Part shown: piece by piece, positions 28,747 through 37,327 of the stretch
How positions within the stretch are numbered: the stretch's first letter is position 1
Layout: every line of letters starts with the position of its first letter
Assembly (NCBI GenBank): GCA_009392915.1
Contig: CP045477.1
Coordinates: forward strand, 416,001-480,000
Origin: Candidatus Forterrea multitransposorum CG_2015-17_Forterrea_25_41
GTDB taxonomy: Archaea > Iainarchaeota > Iainarchaeia > Iainarchaeales > CSSED10-239
DNA: 64,000 nt
Reading direction: 5' to 3'
Program-made: the position numbers and the translations under genes
Notes under the pieces: model-generated
Database searches by the model: none
Told to the model about the DNA's origin: nothing
Seen by the model: only the letters and a program-made list of their open reading frames with translations

Positions 28747-29535
28747 TTATTTTCTAGAGTGAAGTTTTCTTCCAAGTCTCATTCTATCAAGATTACTTGC
28801 TTCTTCTTCTCTTATGTTATAACCTGTAATCTTAATAAAAGCGTCTTCTAAACTTTTTGTTTTAGTTTTTTTAAGAATTTCTTTAATATTACCTGTTGTA
28901 ATTATTTTTCCTTTATCAATAATTGAAACTTTTTTTGCAACTTTTTCAACTTCGTCCATATAATGTGTTGTAAAAAAGATTGTTGTTTTTTCAGATTTAT
29001 TAATCTTTAAGATATATTCCCAGATATGTTTTCTTGTCTGAGGATCAAGACCTACTGTAGGTTCATCTAAAAATAATATTTTTGGAACATGTAAAAGCCC
29101 TCTTGCAATTTCAAGTCTTCTTTTCATTCCTCCAGAAAAAGTTGAAACATAATCGTCTTTCCTTTCATAAAGTTCAACAATATTTAATAATTTTTTTATT
29201 CTTTCCTCAATTTCTATTTTAGGAACTTTATATAAAACTGCATGTATTTTCATGTTTTCATAAGCAGTTAACTCATCATCAACACTAGGATCTTGAAAAA
29301 CAATACCAAAAGATTCTCGAACCTTCTTTGAATCTTTAAAAATATCAAAACCATTTAAAGAAACATTACCAGATGTTGGTTTTAAAATAGTTGTAAGCAT
29401 TTTTATAGTAGTTGATTTACCAGCACCATTTGGTCCTAAAAAAGCAAAGATTTCTCCTTTACTAACTTCAAGAGAAATATTATCAACAACTTTAGTTTTA
29501 CCATAAACTTTTGTAAGATTTTTAATTTTTATCAT
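28747..29535 (-). CDS. ABC transporter ATP-binding protein (DrrA/ABC-2 type)
   Basis: Walker A is GPNGAGKST, the signature is FSGGMKRR and Walker B is ILFLDEPT. Confidence 0.9.
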   Translation of the reverse strand: MIKIKNLTKVYGKTKVVDNISLEVSKGEIFAFLGPNGAGKSTTIKMLTTILKPTSGNVSLNGFDIFKDSKKVRESFGIVFQDPSVDDELTAYENMKIHAVLYKVPKIEIEERIKKLLNIVELYERKDDYVSTFSGGMKRRLEIARGLLHVPKILFLDEPTVGLDPQTRKHIWEYILKINKSEKTTIFFTTHYMDEVEKVAKKVSIIDKGKIITTGNIKEILKKTKTKSLEDAFIKITGYNIREEEASNLDRMRLGRKLHSRK

Positions 29536-29586
29536 AAATAATCATTTTAAATAATAAAGTATACGTGAAAAAGAATATATTAGTAA

Positions 29587-30681
29587 CTATTTAAAAGAAT
29601 TAATGATTCCTCCACCTAAACAAACCTTTCCTTTATAAAAAACACAAAATTGCCCTATAGTTACAAATTTTTGTGAATTTTTAAAAACAACTCTCAAGGT
29701 TTTATTTTTTAAGTTAGGATAAACAATAGCATCTTGTTTTTCTTGACCATACCTTATCTTTACTTTTAATTTAATTTCTTTTTCTTTTAATATTTCATTT
29801 CCAGAAATAAAACTATAATCAGTAACAACTATTTCCTTTGAGAAAAGAGGAGTTTGCTTTTTTGTAACATAGATAATGTTTTTATTCCTATTAAAATCTT
29901 TTACAAAATATTTTTCAGGAAAACCTAGACCTTTTCTCTGTCCTCTAGTGTAAAACCATAAGCCTTTATGCTGTCCAAGATATCTTCCTTCATCATCATA
30001 AATAGGTCCTGGATTTTCTCCTAAACTTTCCTTAATAAACTCTGTTAAAGAGCTTCTATGTGCAAAACAAAAGTCTTGACTTTGTTTCTTTTTAACAAAA
30101 ATATCTAAATTATTTTCTCCAGCAACAAGACAAACTTCTTCTTTTGTAAAAGAAGAGACTGGAAACTCTAATCTTTTTATCCACTCTTGTGGAAGCATGG
30201 AAAGCATATATGTCTGATCCTTAAACTTATCTTTAGGTTCTATAAGTTGATAAGTTTTAAGTCTTTTGTTATATCTTTTAGATGCAAAATGACCAGTTGC
30301 AACTTTCTCAATACCATGTATATTCCCCCATTCAATTAAATGTTTTATTTTATGCTCTAAGTTACAATGAATACATGGATTTGGAACTCTTCCATTCTTT
30401 AGCTCTTTTAAAAAATATTTTACAACAGTTTCTTTAAATTCTTTTTTAACATCATAGATATGGTGCTCTATTCCTAAGTCCTTACAGACTAAAGAAACTA
30501 AGTTTAATGAATCAATTGTACAACAAGCATTTTCTGTATCAATATTTTTAGAACTATCCCATATTGGTAAAGCTAAAGATACAGCTATAGGTGTATATCC
30601 TTGTTTTTTAAGTAAAACTAAGGAAACCATAGAGTCAACTCCACCAGAGACTCCAACAACAATTCTTTTATCTTTTTCCAT
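29587..30681 (-). CDS. mnmA: tRNA-specific 2-thiouridylase MnmA
   Basis: The PP-loop is VGVSGGVDSMVS. Catalytic Cys contexts are NACCTIDS and VPNPCIHCN, and ATGHFA is also present. Confidence 0.9.
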   Translation of the reverse strand: MEKDKRIVVGVSGGVDSMVSLVLLKKQGYTPIAVSLALPIWDSSKNIDTENACCTIDSLNLVSLVCKDLGIEHHIYDVKKEFKETVVKYFLKELKNGRVPNPCIHCNLEHKIKHLIEWGNIHGIEKVATGHFASKRYNKRLKTYQLIEPKDKFKDQTYMLSMLPQEWIKRLEFPVSSFTKEEVCLVAGENNLDIFVKKKQSQDFCFAHRSSLTEFIKESLGENPGPIYDDEGRYLGQHKGLWFYTRGQRKGLGFPEKYFVKDFNRNKNIIYVTKKQTPLFSKEIVVTDYSFISGNEILKEKEIKLKVKIRYGQEKQDAIVYPNLKNKTLRVVFKNSQKFVTIGQFCVFYKGKVCLGGGIINSFK

Positions 30682-30761
30682 ATTTAAAAAAACCTTATAC
30701 CTTTAAATAAACTTTCATCTTATATACTATTATAACAAAATATTTGAGGTGAAATTAAATT

Positions 30762-31040
30762 ATGACATATGAAGAAACATCAAAACTTTCTGAAAAAACA
30801 TTAAACCTTAGAAGAGCAATTGATTCTTTAAGAGAAGAGCTTGAAGCTGTTGACTATTACCAACAAAGAGCAGATGCAACAAATGACCCTGAACTTAAGA
30901 AAATCTTAGAACATAACAGAGATGAAGAAAAGGAACATGCAGCAATGCTTATTGAGTGGCTTAGAAGAAACGATTCTCGTTTTGAAAAAGAACTTAAAGA
31001 TTATCTTTTCACAGATAAAGAGATAGGACATCACGAATAG
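30762..31040 (+). CDS. EncFtn-like small ferritin-like protein (encapsulated-ferritin family), no visible targeting tail
   Basis: EELEAVDYYQQRADATNDPELKKILEHNRDEEKEHAAMLIEWLRRND closely matches my recollection of the EncFtn core (EExxAxDxY...HxRDEEKEHAAM). The protein ends about 20 aa after it. Confidence 0.6.
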   Translation: MTYEETSKLSEKTLNLRRAIDSLREELEAVDYYQQRADATNDPELKKILEHNRDEEKEHAAMLIEWLRRNDSRFEKELKDYLFTDKEIGHHE

Positions 31041-31128
31041 ATTTTTTTTATAAAAAAAATCTTTTTCTTTTTTTCTTTTTATTTTGTTTTTAAAAAAACT
31101 TAATTTTCTTTTTCCCTTAAAACAAAAA

Positions 31129-32169
31129 CTATTCTCTTGAATAATAATTTTCAAGTTCCCTTATCTGGTCAACCTTAAACTCTTTTGTCATATCTTCAAG
31201 TAAACTTACCTCTTGAGGAGTAATGATTGGTTTTTTAAAGTTTGCAAAATCATCATATGCTATTCTTGGGCATGCAGTATTAACATAACAATCTATCTTC
31301 ATACCTAAAATATATTCTTCCTTTACATAATCTGATGCAAAGAGATATACTTTTTTACCTAATTTTTCTAATTTTTCTTGAATATGTCTTGCAAACCTTA
31401 ATCTAAACTGTCCATGCTTTGAACTTACTAAAATACCAAAAGTTTTAGAAGTTAAAGCTTTTGCAACTAAACCATATCTCTGTCTTACAAATCTATCATT
31501 AATTTCTAATTTTTTAGTTTCTCTTAAAATAGGATTAATAACATAGATATCCCTTTCTTCAAAAACAAAACCTAAGTTGTTTGGATGAAAGACTCCATCT
31601 CCTATGTAAATAATAGGGTTTTCTTTATCAATAATAGTTGAAGAATCACAACCTAAAACCATATGCTTTCTAACATGCATAGTTTCTTTTGAGTCTAAGA
31701 CTTCTATTCCTGAAGAAATTAATTCTTTTTTAATTTCTAAAATATCATCTAAGAAATTAGTTGTTGTAACTAAGTTTATTTTTTTTAAGTTAAGTTTTTT
31801 AATTTCTGAAAATATAAACTCTTTTTCTTCTTTTGAAAATAAATAACCAACAGGTACAAAATAAGTATTGATCAGTGGTTTGTTCATGTAGTTATGTCCA
31901 AAATGAACTAATGCCTTACATCCAAAATCAATAGCTTCTTGGTCTTTGATATCACAAGCACCAAAGCAAGGGTCAACAAACAATACTGGTTTATAGTCTT
32001 TTAATTCTTCAAGCATTTCTGTTGCATATTGTTTTAAGCCTTCAGGTATCTGTATAGCTAGAGGAGAATCTTTTTCTACAGCTAACTTTTCTTTTAATTT
32101 TATTATTTCTTTTAATATTCTTTCTTCATACATATAATTATCACTTTTTAATATATATTTAAGGGACAA
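31129..32169 (-). CDS. dph2: Diphthamide synthesis radical-SAM enzyme Dph2
   Basis: LAIQIPEGLKQYA, VDPCFGACDIKDQEA and ALVHFGHN parallel the archaeal Dph2 motifs (PEGL, YGACD, HxGHS). The length is 346 aa. Confidence 0.85.
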   Translation of the reverse strand: MSLKYILKSDNYMYEERILKEIIKLKEKLAVEKDSPLAIQIPEGLKQYATEMLEELKDYKPVLFVDPCFGACDIKDQEAIDFGCKALVHFGHNYMNKPLINTYFVPVGYLFSKEEKEFIFSEIKKLNLKKINLVTTTNFLDDILEIKKELISSGIEVLDSKETMHVRKHMVLGCDSSTIIDKENPIIYIGDGVFHPNNLGFVFEERDIYVINPILRETKKLEINDRFVRQRYGLVAKALTSKTFGILVSSKHGQFRLRFARHIQEKLEKLGKKVYLFASDYVKEEYILGMKIDCYVNTACPRIAYDDFANFKKPIITPQEVSLLEDMTKEFKVDQIRELENYYSRE

Positions 32170-32309
32170 AAATGTTTATAAATATATGATAATTAACTCA
32201 TATATTCTTATACTGAAAGAATATTTTTAAGAAAGAAATAAATACTAAAATAATCTATATTATATAACACTTATAACAAAAAAATTAAAAAAAAAGAAAA
32301 TGATAAACT

Positions 32310-33395
32310 ATGAAATCAATATTAATGATAATTACAATAATTTTAATATTCTTTGCAATATACTTTTTTGGACTTTATTTTTCAATAAACAAATTATATT
32401 TTTATTTTAATATAAAGCCTCTTTTAAACCCATTAGTAATATCTTTAGTTATCTTTGGTTTAGTTTTTTTAAGTAATTTCTTGCAAGAAAAGTTTAGTAA
32501 TTATTTAACACAAGGCCTATACAATGGTGCATATCTTTTATTTGCCTTAGCCTTGATGCTTGTTTTTGTAACTGTTATCTTAGAGGGAATAAAGTTTATC
32601 TTTAAGATAAATATCTTAAACCAGACTTTTGGTTTTATAATAATTATAGTTACTTTATTGTTATTTATCTTTTCTTTTATAAATGCCTTAAGCTATAATC
32701 AAAAGGAGATTGTTATTAAGAGTGATAAGATATTAGAAAATACAAAAATTATTCATTTATCAGACATTCATCTTTTTGGTATTAACTCTAAACATAGGTT
32801 TGAAAATGTTTATAAAAAAGCAATTAAGAATAATCCAGACTATATTGTTATTACAGGAGATTTATTTGATAGACCAGGAAAAATATCTTTAGACACTTTA
32901 GAGATTACAAATAAAAATAACATACCTGTTATCTATGCTCATGGAAACCATGACCTTATGTATGGAAAAGAAAAAGTTTTAGATATTTTAAAAGATAGTA
33001 AAGTTATAAATCTTGATACTGATATTTATATAGATGAACAAAGAAACATCACCTTTAGTGGTGTTAGGTATGATAGAGCAAATGACTTTTTAAAAAAAGA
33101 GCTTTCTAAAATAGAGATTGATGCAAATAATTATAATGTTTTATTATACCATGAACCAATTGATATTCCTGTAGCTTCTTCTAAAAAAATAGACTTAATG
33201 CTTTCAGGCCATACTCATGGTGGACAGGCTTTTCCAATAACTCTTTTAGTTAAAGCAATGTATCCTTACTATAGAGGACTTTATGAGTATCAAGATATGA
33301 AAATAATTGTAAGTCAAGGAACAAACTTTTGGGGTCCTAAAATACGTTTAGGAACAAGAAATGAGATAATAACTATTAAACTTGAGAAGATATGA
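32310..33395 (+). CDS. Membrane-anchored metallophosphoesterase (YkuE-like)
   Basis: N-terminal TM helices are followed by the calcineurin-like motifs HLSDIHL, TGDLFD, GNHD and GHTHGGQ. Confidence 0.85.
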   Translation: MKSILMIITIILIFFAIYFFGLYFSINKLYFYFNIKPLLNPLVISLVIFGLVFLSNFLQEKFSNYLTQGLYNGAYLLFALALMLVFVTVILEGIKFIFKINILNQTFGFIIIIVTLLLFIFSFINALSYNQKEIVIKSDKILENTKIIHLSDIHLFGINSKHRFENVYKKAIKNNPDYIVITGDLFDRPGKISLDTLEITNKNNIPVIYAHGNHDLMYGKEKVLDILKDSKVINLDTDIYIDEQRNITFSGVRYDRANDFLKKELSKIEIDANNYNVLLYHEPIDIPVASSKKIDLMLSGHTHGGQAFPITLLVKAMYPYYRGLYEYQDMKIIVSQGTNFWGPKIRLGTRNEIITIKLEKI

Positions 33396-33652
33396 ATGAA
33401 CATTTAACTGAAGTTAAAGATTATCCTAGAAGCTTAAAGGAACTTGCAAATGAGGTTGGTTTTCTAAGGTATAAAGAAACAGCTGAATTTTTAGAATATC
33501 TAAAAGAGAATATTAAGGAACAATCAATTGCTGATTTTAAAAAGGATAGAAAAAAGTTATCCCAAAGATTAGAAGAATGTTCTAAGCATTTAGAGAATGC
33601 AAGAAAAGAAATGGAAGAAGCTTGGAATATCTGCGAGCCTTATATGAAATAA
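33392..33652 (+). CDS. Small helical hypothetical protein
   Basis: 86 aa with a 4-nt ATGA overlap with the phosphoesterase stop. No motif recognised. Confidence 0.45.
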   Translation: MNEHLTEVKDYPRSLKELANEVGFLRYKETAEFLEYLKENIKEQSIADFKKDRKKLSQRLEECSKHLENARKEMEEAWNICEPYMK

Positions 33653-33840
33653 TTTTAAAAGAGATTATCCAAATAATTTAACTAGTTCTTTTTTACTCAT
33701 TTTTTTAAAACCATATTTTTTAATATGTTTATTTTGAATATCATTAAGCTTTTGTATATATTCTTCTTTAGGAATAGTTTTAGACTTAATATTGTTTTTC
33801 ATAATTTACATCGGATACATATTATTTATTTTAATAAATT

Positions 33841-35403
33841 TTATTTTCTAATATCTTTCTTTCTTAAAAGCCTATTGTAAGTTATAGCAAACCTATGAGT
33901 CTCATCTCTTATCCTCTGTAAAAGCTTTAAAGCTTTTGATTTTCTTGAAAGCTTAAGAGGAATTAAATTATCTTCTAAAAAGATTTCTTCTTCTTTTTTT
34001 GCAAGAGAGATTAAATTTACTTTTTTATAAAGGTTTAAAGAATCAATTGCTTTCTTAGCAGAAGATAATTGCCCTTTTCCACCATCAATAACAATTAGAT
34101 CAGGAAAATCTTTACCTTCTTTTAAAAGTCTTAAATATCTTCTTTTAACAATCTCTTCAATTGCTAGAAAATCATTATTTCCTTCAAAAGATTTAATCTT
34201 AAATCTTCTATATTCTTTTTTATTTTCTCTTCCCTCTTTAAACTGAACCATAGAACCTACAGTAAACTTTCCTGAAAGATGAGAGATATCAAAACATTCA
34301 ATAACTTTTGGAATTTCTTTTAAAGATAAAGCATTTTTAAGTTCTTCTAAAGCAAAAGTGTTTTCTAAAAATTTAATCTCTATGTTCTTATATGCAAAAT
34401 CTAGAAGTTCTTTTTTTTCTCCAGTCTTTGGAACTATTAATTTTATTTTTTTATTTTTCTTTTTAAAATAATCAATAGTTGATTGTTCTGGAAGATAAGG
34501 TAAAATTATTTCAAGAGATTCTTTCTTTTCTAAATATTTATCTAAAATAAAATCATCTAAAATAGTTTCTTCTTCAAAAACATCTAAAGTATATTCTCTT
34601 TTGTTAACTAAGATTCCTTTTGAAATATTAAATATTACAAAATAAGCTTTATTCTTATGTAAAATATAATTAACTAAATCTTGATTATATGTTTTTGTTT
34701 TTTCAACATTTTGTTTTAAAGATAAATAATCAATGGCATTTATCTGATCTCTTAAAACTAAAGCAGACTCAAAATTATTTTCTTTTGAAAAAAATTCCAT
34801 TCTCTCTTTTAAACTTTTTAAAACATCTTCAGTTTTTCCTTTTAAAAGAGAAGAGATTGTTTCAATAGTTTGAAGATATTCTTCTTTTGATATTTTATTT
34901 ATGCAAGGAGCAGAACATTGTCCTATATGGTATCTTATACAAGGTGTTTTAGGTAAAGTTTTACATGTTCTTAGTTTAAAATATTTATTTATATATTTTA
35001 AAAGATTATCTCGTTTTTCAGCAGAAGTAAATGGTCCAAAAGCTATTTGATAATCTTTTGGTTTTTCTCTTAAAATAAATAATCTTGGGAAAGCTTCTTT
35101 GGTTAAGGAAAGATAAGAGTATTCTTTTGAGTCTTTAAAGATGATGTTGTACCTTGGTTTATGCTTCTTAATTAAATTGTTTTCTAAAAGAAGTGCCTCA
35201 AGTTCGTTTTTTGTAACTATAAAGTCAATTGAGGAGATGTTTTCAACTAAAGCCCTAGTCTTTGGGTCTAAATCTTCTTTTGTAAAGTAACTTGTAACTC
35301 TTTTTTTTAAGTTTTTAGCTTTACCTATATAGATTATCATGTTATTTTTATCTTTATAAAGATAACAACCAGGTTCTATAGGTATTTTTGATAGGTCAAG
35401 CAT
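33841..35403 (-). CDS. uvrC: Excinuclease ABC subunit C (UvrC), short form
   Basis: The GIY-YIG N-terminus is GCYLYKDKNNMIIYIGKAKNLKKRVTSYF. It also has a UvrB-interacting/Cys region and an Endo-V-like C-domain (IECFDISH). At 520 aa the usual C-terminal HhH pair appears absent. Confidence 0.85.
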   Translation of the reverse strand: MLDLSKIPIEPGCYLYKDKNNMIIYIGKAKNLKKRVTSYFTKEDLDPKTRALVENISSIDFIVTKNELEALLLENNLIKKHKPRYNIIFKDSKEYSYLSLTKEAFPRLFILREKPKDYQIAFGPFTSAEKRDNLLKYINKYFKLRTCKTLPKTPCIRYHIGQCSAPCINKISKEEYLQTIETISSLLKGKTEDVLKSLKERMEFFSKENNFESALVLRDQINAIDYLSLKQNVEKTKTYNQDLVNYILHKNKAYFVIFNISKGILVNKREYTLDVFEEETILDDFILDKYLEKKESLEIILPYLPEQSTIDYFKKKNKKIKLIVPKTGEKKELLDFAYKNIEIKFLENTFALEELKNALSLKEIPKVIECFDISHLSGKFTVGSMVQFKEGRENKKEYRRFKIKSFEGNNDFLAIEEIVKRRYLRLLKEGKDFPDLIVIDGGKGQLSSAKKAIDSLNLYKKVNLISLAKKEEEIFLEDNLIPLKLSRKSKALKLLQRIRDETHRFAITYNRLLRKKDIRK

Positions 35404-35437
35404 AAATATATAGTTAAGAGAAACATTATAAAAATAG

Positions 35438-36541
35438 TTATCTTGGTCTTTTTGGTCTCTTTATCATTGGGTAACCTTTTGAAGGTTTAATTCTTTTAAG
35501 TTTAAAATCTTTAGAAAATAATCTTTTAAGAAAGCTTTCTTTTTTAACTTTTTGTTTTTCTTTTTTTATTTTTTCTACTTTGTTATTTTCACTAACTTTT
35601 TCTTTTTTAACTTCTTCTTTTGGTCTTAATAATCTTAAATCTTTTTCTTTAATATCTAAAACTTTTTTATTTTTTGTTTTTCCTAAAAGATAATTAATTT
35701 CAATATAAAGACCAGCTTTATTTCTATTTGAAACATTTCTATGAAGATATAGTTCTAATTTTTCATTAGGTGCATAATAAAGAGCATAATTTCCAAAAGG
35801 AATCATTTTTCCATTTTTAGTATGTTCAAAACCAAATTGAACCATAGGCATAAATAAAACTTTTCCTTCTTTTATTTGTGTATGCCCTTGAATGGATAAA
35901 AATTGAGAGGATCTATTATTAGTGTATTTAAGACCAGAAGAATAAACTCCTTCTTGAAATTTAAAATCTAAAATTCCTTCATAACTTGTAATTTTTCCTT
36001 GATCTATTTTTATTGATGCTCCAGCACCTATTTTTTTAGAAGTAACTGAAGATTGTAAAGAGGTTTTATCTAAAGGTTTAATATCTTTTAAAACAAAATT
36101 TGAAATTTCTTTTGAAAAACCAAGTCTTACATCTAAAGGTGTTTTTAAAAGTTTTGATAAATAAAGAGTTGAATAGATTCTTGCAAAAGTTAACTCTGGA
36201 ACTAATTTTCCATTTAAATAAAGATTATTTTTCCCAACTTCAACTGCAAAATTATATTGATTATCTTTTTTAAATTTTTTTCCAAATCTATATTCAAATG
36301 CTTGTTCTATAAATTTTTTAGAAGAAGAATCTGCTTCAAAACCATATGTTTTTGAAGAAAAAACATGTCCTTCTTTATAGATTGTAGGATATAGTTCAGT
36401 TGGGCTTATAAACTGTAAAGATTGAGCAGATATTTTTTGAGAACCAACTATAAGAGATCCAGAAACAGCTAAAGCTGTTAAAATTTTCTTTGGATCTTTT
36501 AAAAAAGATTTAATAAATGTAACTGGTTCTTTAAATTGCAT
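35438..36541 (-). CDS. Secreted beta-rich hypothetical protein with a highly basic C-terminal tail
   Basis: A signal-like segment ILTALAVSGSLIVGSQKISAQS is followed by alternating-polarity beta-looking segments. The tail is KKEKVSENNKVEKIKKEKQKVKKE...KRPKRPR. Confidence 0.5.
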   Translation of the reverse strand: MQFKEPVTFIKSFLKDPKKILTALAVSGSLIVGSQKISAQSLQFISPTELYPTIYKEGHVFSSKTYGFEADSSSKKFIEQAFEYRFGKKFKKDNQYNFAVEVGKNNLYLNGKLVPELTFARIYSTLYLSKLLKTPLDVRLGFSKEISNFVLKDIKPLDKTSLQSSVTSKKIGAGASIKIDQGKITSYEGILDFKFQEGVYSSGLKYTNNRSSQFLSIQGHTQIKEGKVLFMPMVQFGFEHTKNGKMIPFGNYALYYAPNEKLELYLHRNVSNRNKAGLYIEINYLLGKTKNKKVLDIKEKDLRLLRPKEEVKKEKVSENNKVEKIKKEKQKVKKESFLKRLFSKDFKLKRIKPSKGYPMIKRPKRPR

Positions 36542-36724
36542 GATTAATTACTTATTTATATATTATATATAATATATAGAAACAGACATTTAAATATTTA
36601 ATGCTTTATTTTATTAAAAAATAGATATAAATCTTCAAAAATATAATAAATTTAGAAAAAAATAAGAATCAAAACCTTTAAACACTTTCTTACATAATAT
36701 AGTTATTAAGAAAAATTTAGAAGA

Positions 36725-37324
36725 ATGATAATTATGAAAAAAATTAAAGAAAAATTTAACCTAAAACATGAAACTAAAAAACATACGTTAAGAAAATTCA
36801 TTCTAGTTTTTTTAGTATTAATTACATATTTTTTAATAACTTCTTTAAAAATTGGTTTTAAAGAAGGAATTTCAATAACATTATTAACATGGTCTTTTTT
36901 TGTTTTGTCAACTCCGATTGCAGATGCTGGTTTTTTATTAGATTTTCCAATAAGATTAATTACAAAATTAAGAATGGTTTATTCAGAAATAATTGTATGG
37001 GTAATTGCAATAGCTTTAAATATTTTTTATTTTTTTACAAATCCTGAAAGTTATAATCAAACCATACTTCTATCTCTATTTAAACAAATATTATCTCAAC
37101 CATACCCTCTATGGATAATAATTATTCTATCGGGAATAGGAACTTTTCTATCAATAATATTTTTTGATGAACTAATGGATGTTAAGTATCATAAACATAG
37201 AAAAAAATATCACAAACACATTAGTAAATATCAATATATATTATTTGTATTCATTATTCTCTTAATAATTACAATATACTACTTTGTAATCAAACAACTA
37301 GGTATAAATATTCCTTTATTTTAA
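36725..37324 (+). CDS. Polytopic membrane protein, unknown function
   Basis: Five to six hydrophobic helices. No motif recognised. Confidence 0.5.
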   Translation: MIIMKKIKEKFNLKHETKKHTLRKFILVFLVLITYFLITSLKIGFKEGISITLLTWSFFVLSTPIADAGFLLDFPIRLITKLRMVYSEIIVWVIAIALNIFYFFTNPESYNQTILLSLFKQILSQPYPLWIIIILSGIGTFLSIIFFDELMDVKYHKHRKKYHKHISKYQYILFVFIILLIITIYYFVIKQLGINIPLF

Positions 37325-37327
37325 AAA

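Noticed and set aside
30762-32169. Encapsulin nanocompartment operon
   Set aside because: Only the EncFtn-like gene is present. The adjacent gene is Dph2 on the opposite strand and no HK97-fold shell gene is visible, so I report only an orphan cargo-like protein.
33665-33802. 45-aa minus-strand ORF (MKNNIKSKTIPKEEYIQKLNDIQNKHIKKYGFKKMSKKELVKLFG) between the 86-aa gene and uvrC
   Set aside because: It is short and Lys-rich, with no recognisable motif or clear ribosome-binding context. It cannot be distinguished from chance in AT-rich DNA.
35438-36541. Outer-membrane beta-barrel porin
   Set aside because: The alternating beta-like sequence and signal peptide are suggestive. However, the genomic context is archaeal, with no outer membrane expected, and I cannot verify a barrel without structure prediction, so it stays a hypothetical secreted protein.
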